Of a DNA stretch of 64,000 nt, positions 38,926-50,626 are shown one piece after another; position 1 is the stretch's first letter; each line of letters begins with the position of its first letter. Source of the stretch: Daphnia carinata. Taxonomy: Eukaryota. A program made the translations under genes and the position numbers. Below the pieces are notes generated by a model, which made no database searches, was not told where the DNA came from, and saw nothing but the letters and a program-made list of their open reading frames with translations. The stretch lies in NCBI RefSeq assembly GCF_022539665.2, contig NC_081332.1, forward strand, positions 2,542,001 to 2,606,000. The letters are read 5' to 3'.

Positions 38926-39344
38926 AACCATAAAATAAATGATTCAATTGAACAAAATATGCGATATAGTATTATCAAAGGTTTCTAACATTGCAACATG
39001 CAACAATTCCAAAAGTAGAAGCCTTAATATTAAATCAAATTCTATACAATGCACAAGGTTTCTAAAATTGCAACTGCTATGCAACAATCTCAAATATAGA
39101 AACCATCATGTTGTTTGGAATTCTATCAAGTGATTCAAATATTGCAATCTAAATGCAAAAACTACTAAAAATTTTCCTTTCTGCACAACGAACATAGCTG
39201 AATTGCGTGGGTTCAAATCCCATATAACTGTGTCGATGTTCTACCATTGAGATACTTGTGAAACTTCAGGAAAGTTTAAGTCTTTAACACTTACGTAACG
39301 TAATAGTGCGCGCAAGTCAATAGAAAACCTTATGCCAATGGGGG

Positions 39345-39545
39345 GATATAGGGGGGCAGATGCCAGGTAGGCAAAGCGTCCGCTTCCCAATTCGAAGGTT
39401 CCTGGTTCGATTCCCAGTTAGGTGTCCGATTCCACAGGCTTCCTACCTTCCCAGGTGTCACGATTCCACGGTGCCAGTCGAGTTGGGTAACTTCGTGCGA
39501 AGCACGCGAACGGATATTTTACCAAATGTTAATCTCGAAAAAAGT
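39345..39545 (+). mobile_element. Putative tRNA-headed SINE-like element near the palindrome axis
   Basis: GC-rich island in an AT-rich spacer, with a perfect B-box GGTTCGATTCC at 39404-39414 after a tRNA-like 5' part. A ~120-bp body ends in an A-rich tract. No target-site duplication was found. Confidence 0.4.
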
Positions 39546-39812
39546 AAAAATTTTCAATAAATATGACATGTTACTCTTTATTAAGTATCTAGAAATTTGT
39601 ATAATTTACAACGGATTTTAACCGTAGCCATTGTCCTCTGTCTAGACAGATGATAATAAATGAATGTTAGAAATCTTGTGCAATGTATAGAAATTCAGTT
39701 AATATCATGTCTTATACTTTTGGTATTGTTGCATAGCAATTGCAATTTCAGAAAACTTTGAACATACTATATCGTATATTATATGTGGTACTATATCATT
39801 TTTTTTATGGTT

Positions 39813-39884
39813 GAACTCTTTTGGGGATCGATCCCTAATCATTCGACTTGCGAAGCCAATGCTCTACCATTGAGCCATGAGTTA
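39813..39884 (-). pseudogene. tRNA-like element, mirror copy of 38854-38925 (anticodon position CGC, Ala-like loop)
   Basis: Minus strand reads TAACTCA-TGGCTCAATGGTAGAGC-A-TTGGC-TTCGCAA-GTCGA..GGGATCGATCCCC..GAGTT. Confidence 0.6.
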
Positions 39885-40528
39885 CATTCAGCCGACAACC
39901 ATTTTTGCAAGTCATCTTTAGACAACCTATTACACATATTCAATAAATATAATATAATAAACATAAAAGTATTTAATGGATGTTTTCCGATAACTTTAAC
40001 AATACCTACGATTTGAAACCTAGTCTTCTCATACCGTAGCCGGATTCTCTACACATAAGCTATAACATTTTTGAATGTATGGTCAGACTAACCAATGGTA
40101 TAGCGAAGCGTCATCTTTTACACATTTTCAAATATTTGAGCGACAGTTAAAATATAAGATATTTTATTCAATTTTCGATTTTTACCCCTTAATCGATTTG
40201 AACCTTTTTTTCTGACATCGTAGCCGGACCCTCTACAGACATGCCATGATACATGTACATTAATTGGTCAGACTGCCAAATATTATAGCAAGGTTAGAAT
40301 ATAAGTAACAGTAAAAATTTGTTACGTTTGATTAATGCTTTCTTGATATTTCTATCACTTACTGGATTTGAACTTCAAACTTCTCACACCGTAACCGAAA
40401 CCTCTACATATACGCCACGATACACATACACTTACTAGTCAGACTGACAAATAGTATAGCAAGATTAAAACATTAACTATACAATATTTTCGTGGGTTGA
40501 CTCAAGGTATAAAACATTGAAATGGTAA

Positions 40529-40598
40529 GTGTCAATGGCTCAATGGTTGAACATCGGCAAGCTACGCCGAATATTAGGGTTCAATACCCCATAGTTAC
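40529..40598 (+). pseudogene. tRNA-like cloverleaf, mirror copy of 38303-38372 (anticodon position GCT)
   Basis: GTGTCAA-TG-GCTC-AATGGTT-GAAC-A-TCGGC-AAGCTAC-GCCGA-ATAT-TAGGG-TTCAATA-CCCCA-TAGTTAC. Confidence 0.6.
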
Positions 40599-42881
40599 GG
40601 AAAATTCAATGGGTGTCAAATTGTGTATGATTGTTGTATCTAGTGTCTATTGTGTAAATGGTTCAGTTATAATAAAATGTGTAAGTAATAAATGAATATG
40701 TATATGTTTCCCTGGTGATAAAAATACAGACTATAAACGAAAACTTAAATCAGTACTTCTAATATACACGAGGTTAAATCACAATATAATCGTCATTACA
40801 TTAAAACTTACTAACCTTTCGCAAATCAAACGCTAGGACAAAGGAGACAACAAAACACAACACATACAGCATTACAGACAGCAGAAAAAATAAAAAAACA
40901 ATAAATTCAATGAGGGAAAAAACCCACAAAATTTACAAAAACCACATACAAGAATTAAGTTTTTATCACCCAGGTTTTCTATGAAGAGTTTCTTTGCACA
41001 AGACAGTGTACATTTGTTGACGTCACACAGTTTCATTTGTTGCAAGATAAGTTTAATTTTTTTTACTGATATTATAACATTACATTTTGACAGAGTTATG
41101 TAGTGACAGAGTTATATTAGTACAAGTTTTGCCACAGTTTAACAACTTTCTGCAATGTTACGGATAAGATTCAGTTGCTTCATGTGAAACATGTTTAACA
41201 GCATCTAATTTCTTTAGTAAACCCGCCCGTTGAATCACAATTTGTGTAGCGAGTAATAAGCTGTTTTTTATTAACTCCATGTTCATTTTTATCGCACACG
41301 TAACCCGTTCACAAGCGATGATTTGTTTTGAAGACGATTAGTATTCATAAATTTACATCAATATAGTATTAAGCTCCATTACTATTAACGTTCGTCATAT
41401 TTAATTTGTAATACATTTTCAATAAGCTACTATATTACCGATTTATACATTTCCACTATTAAACAGCGAAATGACGTAACTATATACTTATCATTAATCA
41501 ATAAAGTACCAATTTCCCCCATCTCACTCTTCAGAAGTGCTATATATTTTCCATCGATTATTTGTATTATTTTTAGCAATATCATTTCCTCTCCCCTGGG
41601 CTGGTGTATTAAATAAACCCAATCAGAAAGATATATTTTGTGAATAATTTCCTTTCTTAATAATCTTTCCCTAATATCTTTCTTCGTTGAGCATTAATTT
41701 TAAATCCAGCATAGTATGCCCCACTTTCCAATATACAAATTACTAGTTCATTTAACAGCTTTGTCATTCTAGCCAGTTTGTACACAAAAAAAAAGAACAT
41801 ATCCAGCTTGTAGACGATACCTACATGGGCGTATGAAAATTCTCTGAATCACTATACCGTCTTTTGCCGCGATGATCTACATTAATGCATATCGTTTGCA
41901 GGTAAACCAACTACTGAGCTTATTTTTTTTTTAAATGAAATGAATTAAATGAAATGCAACTCACGATTCTGGTCTGAATTCCGCGATCAAGGAGGATTTC
42001 TAAGATTCCGTTGTTTTCTGTGGTCAAGGCTTTACATATTAGTATTGTATAGTCGCATGCTGAACTATACCTCAGTACCATTTTAACCCTGCGGCCAGTC
42101 CTCGTGAATTGTGTTTAATTCTGCTATATCTTCCCGTTCGCTTCAAGTCTTTTATATTCTAAAACAAACAAAGCTGAATTAAATGCTAAATAAAGAATCG
42201 AGAAATTGTCAAATATGTACCTGTATCCTTGGTTTGAATAACTTTCTGCACTCAGAAAAAACTGAGGTAAGGACTCCTGTGCAGACGTTTGAGACAGCGT
42301 TGCAACACATCCATTTCGTTGAGTAAAACTGTGAGACCAATCAGCCCCACAAACCCGTATCGCTCGAACCGGTTTCTTGTTCAGCGGGTTGTTCATTCTT
42401 GCCTACGGGACAGGTTGGAAGGGTTACTGCCCCATCACGTTTTTGTCGGGTTGTCAAATCGGGGTTTGCAACCCGGTCGCACGCGATCATTATTATATTT
42501 ATATGTTACACAAGCCACTAAACCATACTCAAAAAGAAGAGTATGCAGACATAAAATAGATTTTTTTTTTTTATTTTTTTTTTTAGAAGTAGTAAGTGTT
42601 AGTAACCTGTACCAACTAAATCCTTGGCCTGAAACCAATGTAAGCAGGCCTACATTACCTGATTCGCTAATCCCAACCCGGTGCAAAAATGCAAACAAAC
42701 CGTGAGTGAACCGTGGGGTACAGGTGCAGTGAATTTGCTTGCTAAGTGAGAGTTAAAACTATAAGCTGTAATGCGTAAGGAAAAATAACGGTAAGGAACA
42801 AAGGACAAGAGCAACACATTTGTAAAACACACGAGTAACATGGAATAAAGTAGAAAAATGCCTATTAGGCAATACTCAACC

Positions 42882-44641
42882 GTACTATTTTTTTCCCCCC
42901 ATCGACCTAATGGGCGTGTACGACGGAATGGGCGTGTACGACGGAATGGGCGGCGATTTCCGTTGCTCCAACGACACTCCACGACGTCCGGTGGTCCTAT
43001 TCAGCGACGACGGAGCCCTCCTAAATACATAAAAAAAACATGGTTAGGCAAATAAACATGTAAAGAAATATACCTGAAACATCCATTGCGACAATCTCGT
43101 TGCTCCAGCGGCGATCCTCGATGTCCAGCATCCTCTCAGATGGTGATGCGGCCCTCCTAAATACATTAAAACAAGATGAGATCATAGTGTAAAACTTATA
43201 ACTTTGAATGAAATACCTGACGATTTTGTGTGACAATACTGGTGACTCCCACGGCGAACCACGCTGCCCAATGTTCCTCTTCGGCGACGATGGCGCCCTC
43301 GTAAACACATAAAAAACAAAATAAATTAATGGTGTAAGACGTAAAACTTTCAATGAAATACTTGACAATATTGGGCGACGATCCTTGTAGCTCCGACGGC
43401 GAACCTCGTTGTCTAGTGATGGAACCCTCCTAATTACAAAACAAAAACATGAATACACAATTAAACGAGTAAATGATGTACCTGAAACATCCACGGTACG
43501 ATATCGGTGCTCCAACGTCCTCTTTGGTGGTGGTGAAGCCCTCTCGGATACATAAAAAAACAAAACACGTGATTTAACACTTAGACGTATTTTAAAAAAA
43601 CCTCAATACCCGTGCCGACAATCTCGTCGCTACAGCGGCGATCCTCGATGCTCAGTATGCTCTTCGATGGTGGTGGAGCCCTCCTAAATACATACAAAAA
43701 CAAAATAAAATGGTGTAAAACATACAACTTTCAATTAAATACTTGACAAGTTTGGGCGATAATCCTGGTGGATACGACGGCGAACCACGTTGTCCAGTGG
43801 TCATCTTCGGCAATGATGACACCCTCCTAAACACATAAAAAAAACAAAATAAACTAACGGTGAATGAAATGATGGTTAAACTTTCAATGAAATACTTGAT
43901 AACTTAAGGCCATCATCCTGGTGGTTCGGTCGGCGAGCGTCACTATCCAGTTGCCCTCTTCGATGGTGATCTGGACCATCCTAAATATATAAATAAAAAC
44001 ACGATTACTTAACGTGTATAACATATACCTGATACATCCATTGCGACCATCTTCTTACTCCAGCAACAATCCTCGATGTCCAGCATCCTCTTCGATGGCG
44101 GTGAAGCCCTCCTAAATACATAAAAAAATTAAATCATAGTTCACAACCTAAGACTTTCAAATAAATACTTCACAATTTTTGGCGACTGTTCCTGGTGGCT
44201 CCGACAGCGAACCTCGTTGTCCAGTAGCCCACCGCGGTGTTGATGTGGACCATCCTAAATACATAAAAAAAAACACGATTAAACACTTACAATTATTTAA
44301 GTTATAACTGGCAATTGTTGGCGACTTCGGCGGCGATCCCCTGACGTCGAGTAATCCTTCTCGGTAGTGTTGCCAGCCCTCCTATACACAGATTAATACA
44401 ATGAACATGGTAAGGAACTTCAATTTTTGAAATACCTTGGAATTTTGGGCGGATATCCTGCCGTTGTCCAAAGGTCCTCTTCGGTAGAGATGTTGCCTTC
44501 CAGATCGGTATAAATAAATAAAAATAAATGGTTAGATACTGAATTTTTAAATAAATACCTCAAAATCCTTGGCTATATTAGAGTGGCTGCGACGGCGATC
44601 CTCATTGTCCAGTGTCCTCTTCGGCCCCAGAGATTACCCTC
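42882..44641 (-). other. Paralogous tandem array of ~13 mini-exons in the right arm
   Basis: Same exon/intron pattern on the minus strand. Peptides include RASPPPKRTL, RAPSSPKRNIGQRGSP and RVSSLPKMTTGQRGSPSYPPGLSPKLV. The terminal exon reads ..LEQRKSPPIPSYTPIPSYTPIRSMGGKK* and includes an 18-bp tandem duplication at ~42909-42951. Confidence 0.7.
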
Positions 44642-46287
44642 CTGATTGTACAAAAGATAAAAAAAAAAACATTTTTCTTTTGAATATTTCATCAGCAATA
44701 AGTGTCATCTTAATTCTAACAGGATCAGATACACAAATTACAGTTACATTGGATAAAAATTTCCTGAAAATAAATTGGTTATTAATCGTTCGATAATGAT
44801 CAGGAGGTTGTTTGGATTGGCAGTTCATGTGGAAATTGTGTGAAAAAGTTGAAATGTACGATTTTTAGTAAGAAAATGGTTTGCGAACAACGACTACGGT
44901 TCATAATTGCATAAAAAAGTGAAAGAAAGTGGCTAAGATAGTGTTGTGCAAAGGTAACGAATTGAGGTGGACTACGCTTACGCCTTACTTAAAGTAGCCT
45001 TACTCTTAACTTAACTTTAGACCTACTTATCCTTAACTTAATCTACGTTTATCTATTTCATCTAGACTTATCGTACTACCCAACTAAACAAGTCCAGTGC
45101 AGAGGCTAACCCAGGTGCTGATGCAGTGCGTTATTGGTGCGTAATTGATGAATCTACAAATTGCGAAAGCTGGCTGCACGTGCGAAAGTTCTAAGAATAA
45201 TTAGACGTGGATTTCAAGCAACAAATGTACACTAGTGCACCGCGTGCAGGTGAAAGAGCTATTGAGCTTCTAGCTTCTTTTTTGCTTCATCCCCCCTCCC
45301 CTCGCCTTTTTTGTGTATGCCCGAGGTTCTTCATCTGTTTTAGGCACTTGGAAAGAAACAAGAAAAATGCAAAAAAAAAAAAAAAAAAAAAAGAAAATAA
45401 AATAAAAAAAACCAAGTAACCTAGGGTCAATCGATGGGGAATGGCTATAACCTCGGGCTCACCTGGAAATAAAAATTTGCCCTTCAACCTATCGACCTTC
45501 AGAATTAGGTCCCTCTACCCTACGCTCTACTTCCGGGAAAGCAATAATGTGACACGTGTCTGCGAGTATTTAAGGCGTCGTCTAGACGCTAGATATTCAC
45601 ATTCGTACGGAGTCTTGCTTCTACAAATATACCACAACTATATCACCATCGTCAATCGATTCGCTTATCAGGTAAGTTGAATTTATGCTAACTAGCTTCA
45701 TTGTCTTCTTTAATTGTAGAAAGTTAGAGGATATCTCTACTTCAATTAAATTAGTTCTAAATCTATGTTAGTAAACTAATTCTTAATTAAATCAAACTGT
45801 TACCAATAGCATTCCATTTCTTTTAGGAACGACCCTTTCAATCCATGTGTGAGTAGGTGCTGGCGTGTTTACTCTGGCTGCCTTTCAAACTGATTCAAAT
45901 GAGGTATTGAAATTTGTTAAGTACCACTAATTAATTAAAAAATTTATAGTACCATACTTTATGTTTGTTGCTACTCTTAGGTTTCATCACTGCTGGTATT
46001 CATCATATAGTCATGTCCTTTAATTCACATTACTAACCGGATACTTCTGAATGTAAATAGAAATTATTAAACATCGAAAATCTTATCAATAAAGTTTAAA
46101 TATGTATGTGTAATTCTTGTACCTGCAAAACACTATTTTAACGTATGCCCTGCATATGTGAATCTACTTGATATTTCAACTGTTCGACTTTGAATAACTA
46201 TTAAATTATTTAATGTTACACTAACCCAAAAAATAATTCTGATCACTAACAAATAAGCAAAGCAAAGTACAATTAAACAAAGTAAAA

Positions 46288-47255
46288 AGTACAATTATTT
46301 TCAATTAGGTGGGCTAATAAACATTCATAATTGATACACAATATGTCTTACCATAAATAGGTTGGAAAATAATTTTACTAACCTATCATTTCTTCCCATT
46401 ACTATTACTATTGAATTATCCTCAGCACACATGAATCTAATGAAATACATAATATTTACCATACTGTAGTTTACAATGTAGGATTCTGGTCAGTCTATCC
46501 TAAAACACAATACTTTGAGCAGCATTACTCAGACACCAGCCATATAAAGTGTTATTTCAATGAGTTAATCTAGATAAGTGATATGTTATGTAGAAATGTG
46601 TACAAATCATACAATTACCATAACTCCTTATTGTTTGAAATTGAAAGGCTATTCAACTGTTAATTATCGAAGTTACAGTGTTAGTCTATGTGTATATATA
46701 TGTCCATAGGAACCTATGGTTTACAAAGCTTCGACAAATGTAGATAAAAATTAGTACAATTATTTTCAATTCGTTGGGATAACATGAATTCATAGCTATA
46801 TATAATATACTTTACCATAAACAGCCTAGAAAATGGTTTTTAACCTGTTAAAAAAATAATAATTTATATTATAAATATTGTCACTCTTTCCCAACAATAA
46901 TTCCAAAGTATTTACTTACCATTAGAATATTATTACAATTTCATATTATTACTATTATTATTTCACTTACCAATTGTTGAAATTGATGATAGTTTTCAAT
47001 CAATGTGTTTGTAATTCTGGTCAGCCTGTAGTAAAACATGATACTCCTACCATAATAGAAGCCCTTCTCAGTGACATATTCTGCAAACGAACAGCATTAT
47101 CTACTCCAATGCCAGCCATATAGAGTGTCATGTCAATTGAGTAATCTAGATATGTGATAGTTTATACAGAGATGTATACAAAACATACAATTACCATGAC
47201 TCCTTTTGTTTGGAATTGAAAGGCTGTTCAACTGCTAGTTATCAAAGTCACAGTA
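46288..47255. repeat. Diverged direct duplication (~0.45-0.55 kb units)
   Basis: AGTACAATTATTTTCAATT occurs at ~46288 and ~46753, ATTCTGGTCAG at ~46483 and ~47014, and CCAGCCATATA..TCTAGAT..CATACAATTACCAT..TTGAAAGGCT.TTCAACTG at ~46535-46660 and ~47112-47235. Confidence 0.85.
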
Positions 47256-49277
47256 TTCGTGGCAAAGTTGTTATCCCAAAATTATCTACAGATAAAAACT
47301 AGACACAATGTCTGTGTCCCCGCAGAGGGATGTTTAATCGTCCAACCAGCCCGATGTCTTGACGTTAAAATTCCAATCCGTTCTGTTCCAGCTACATTCA
47401 GCGGCTAAAATGACAAAAATTAAAGCAATAAAAATGGAAAGGTATTGTCTAAAGGAATGGCTCTCATGACCTGCAACCACCATTCTTTACACATTCGTAC
47501 AACTATCTAAAAACAAAAAAAAAATTGCTTGAAAATGACAGGGGGAAGTTTTAATAGAACACAAAAACAAAACGGTTACCTATATAGTTACGTCACCGTC
47601 ATCTCTCACTCCTAAAATTGTCTCCGCCTCTAAATTTCGATCAAATCCTGTTGGAAGACTGGGCATCCATAATGACATGTAGAAACTATAGATTTACTGA
47701 CAACATCTTGCTGTTCATAGCTTCGAGTTAAGAATTTGAAACAAACCTGTGCTTTAGTTCTTTTTTCTTCACAATTTTCTTCTCTTGGCTTAGCTTGTTT
47801 TCAGGATTCTCATTCAACCCCTATCCCTATCAGCAAATACCCAACTTCACCATCCTTCTCCTAATATGATATTTCAGATTCTGTTATAATCACAAGACAG
47901 TAAATTTATATTAACATATTAAAGTTAGATAAATTTCCAAACTAACCTCAGACCGACCCAACAATTTATTCTTCATCGTCCATGTCACTGAGCGGAGATG
48001 AAGCCTGATTTGACACCTTTTTTCCTTCACTATTTCAGGCACGACAAAAATCACTTGGATTAGGAAGGCTACGGCGAAAGTTAACTCTTTTTCGTAATAT
48101 CATTCACGCAACCTGAAAGGTTTAAGTCAGATTAGATGTCCGTGACTAATTCCCGGATTCTAGGGGTCAACTGAAGACACTGGAACAAGCATCGGAAACA
48201 CAGTAGAAAATGTTTTCAATTAGGGTTTCATCTTGCATACCAATATACCAACAGTTCAGAAACGTGGTAAAAGATAAAAATCTATGCTCACTTGCATAAC
48301 GAAAAAAAAAAGAAAATGAGAAATTATTGTTACGTATTTTTATAGCTCCAACACGAGCACTTTCTACGTTCCACACCGCATGGAATTTTGCAGACGCCTG
48401 TTGTTTAGTACACAAAAAGTCGTTGATGATTGGCCGTTCACTGGCAATGAGAAGAAAGGAAGCCCAATAGGCGGAATTGTCATAAACAACGGCCTGTTGT
48501 AAAATTTTTACATGTAAGCCCCAAATCAACGTTTCGTGAATTGAATTTAAGGCAATTAAATTAGTTCTGATTGGAATATAAGTTATAAATAAACAAAGAA
48601 TAAGATGACCATATGGAATATGATGGACTGTAAGTTCTGGCTGTTCAGTACTAAACCGCCAGTACGCTTCTGTTATGAAGTATACCAGTAGTAATGCCTG
48701 CAAATGCTACTCATGTTACTCCAGAGATGGCGTTGGCAAATCAACGTTACCTTTGTGAAGAATAATTATCATTGTCAATACTTGTAGTATTGTAGAAGGC
48801 CTTTTTACTTTTAAATTTTTGGCCAAATTTTGGCTTAAAACACATGATTTCCATGCAGAATGGAATGCTAGTTACGAAAATCAAATTTTTTAATTGGCCT
48901 TGTAGTTTTTGAATTACACTTAAATAACAAAAAAAATACTACGCTAATGATGCACTTTAGTTGGTGGGATAACGCAAATAGAAATTTCTAAAAGTTCACT
49001 AACTCCCGTTTTTGGACGCATTTATCAAAAGCATCGCGCAGGAATAAACTTAAACCTTCAACACTGTAACAACAAATTGTAACAATATCTGTTCACACCC
49101 CCCGTGGCCAGCAACTATCTTTGAACCAAATTGATTTATTTTTCTTCAAAATTCCTTAGTTTAATTCAAATCTAATTAAATGAATAGAGCACAAAAGGAA
49201 GAGTACCACTGAAACAAAGATCCTAGATAACAAAACACAAGATTTCAGTCCGTAAAAGTAATAATACACAACGAAAC

Positions 49278-50626
49278 TTAGAGTTTTGGCAAACCAGCTG
49301 TGATTTGACTTTCTATGCCACAATGATCTTTGCCACGTAAGATTTTGATGTAACCATTATCACCCCAGTCAGTATTCCAACTGTTTGCAATAAGCCAATA
49401 GGGAGTACCATCTTCAACACCCCAACCAAGAATACGGATTGCATGACCTCCGAGTGCTTTTCCATGTAAATGTTGGTAAACACCTTCAGACATAAGAAAA
49501 TATTAATGTTTTATTTCTGTACAATCATTTAATCTATATGTCTTGTATACCTGATTTATACATAGGGAAATCCTCGTAGACGGTCAGAGCACCTTCCACA
49601 GGTCCGTTATTCATAATCTCCAATTGTATATCTTCTACGCGTTTGTGAACCGAGTAGGAAGAAGCACCTATTTGATGATAGCTCCATGTAACATGAAACA
49701 TTTAAAGGTACGAACAAGTAACTAGGCAAACCATAATGAAGGTCTTGTGAGTAGTCGACTGTGTAACCTTCGATGCAGGTTTTAAGGCACTTTGGAGTAC
49801 CGCCTCCTTCCGCGCAAGGTGGTCGATCACCAGTTGTGTGATGTTCACACGCAGGAATAATGTACGGCTGACATCCCTATAAACCCACGAATCCATTTAC
49901 CTTGCACTTCCGCTTGTGTTTTCAAATAACTTACTGACAACTTACTTGGCTTGAATTGAAATTGCCTCCAGTAACAATGCCTTTCTTTACCCAATGGCTC
50001 CAAGCAGCTCCAGGAAAGCCCCCATTGCAGCCAAAGCCACAAGTGTAGCAGCAACTAACTAAATTCTCAGCAGAAATGTGGGCATTAACTTTTCCCTTGG
50101 AATGGATGCATATCCGATCTGACATGGCCTCTACAGCCCCAAAGGCCTGGAATGCAAACACAAAAACTTGTGTGTTGAAAATGTCATGTTATACTGCTCG
50201 TATGAACTTACCCAGCATGATCCACAAGAGCCTTGATCTCTAATTTCCTGAATTGTTGGGCAGTCAGGCCACTGATCTCTGGCATCAAATGACTCGGGAA
50301 CTGCTTGGTTGCTGTAGAGATGGCTCACATTTTTCACTGGAGGCATGTACAAGTTGGAATCAGGATGCACACCCATCATTTGGGTAAGAGCCCCCATGGG
50401 GAAGCTTTTGTCAAAATTACGTCCTGCCTAAAAAGGGCCCATGAATCACAATAATGACTTATATTTACTGTTTTCAGATTGGTCATACCTTCCATGTTGA
50501 CTTCATGGAATTGATATGACTGATGAACTCATCAGACAAGGGATTGAAATATTTGTTCGGTTTTATTTTCTTGGCCTGTAAAGTTACCATGACAATGGCA
50601 AGGACAATACAGAACAGAACCTTCAT
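49278..50626 (-). CDS. CTSB: Cathepsin B (papain family C1A), 6 coding exons
   Basis: Signal peptide [18 protein letters not shown] and propeptide [23 protein letters not shown]. Catalytic [22 protein letters not shown], occluding loop [15 protein letters not shown] and [13 protein letters not shown] are all present. GT-AG introns; stop codon at 49278-49280. Confidence 0.97.

Larger units (their letters stand above)
32761..39069 (+). repeat. Left arm of a ~13.5-kb diverged inverted duplication
   Basis: Reverse-complement matches to the right arm include 32940-32985 vs ~46025-46070, 33300-33570 vs ~45425-45705, 33840-34125 vs ~44790-45090, 38800-38935 vs ~39800-39935 and 38955-39069 vs ~39663-39780. 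Confidence 0.93.
39663..46249 (-). repeat. Right arm of the inverted duplication
   Basis: Colinear reverse complement of 32761-39069, with indels and patchy identity. Homology fades beyond TTCTGATCACTAA (~46249). Confidence 0.93.

Noticed and set aside
38303..40598. Calling the cloverleaves functional decoding tRNAs
   Set aside because: Missing U33 in one pair, mismatched T or acceptor stems, and anticodons not conserved between mirror copies.
32761..46249. Palindrome as a long-read fold-back assembly artefact
   Set aside because: The arms are substantially diverged with different internal repeat numbers; an artefact would give near-identical arms.
48167..48703. 178-aa minus-strand ORF
   Set aside because: Non-ATG start, runs through intron-like T tracts, no recognisable motif.
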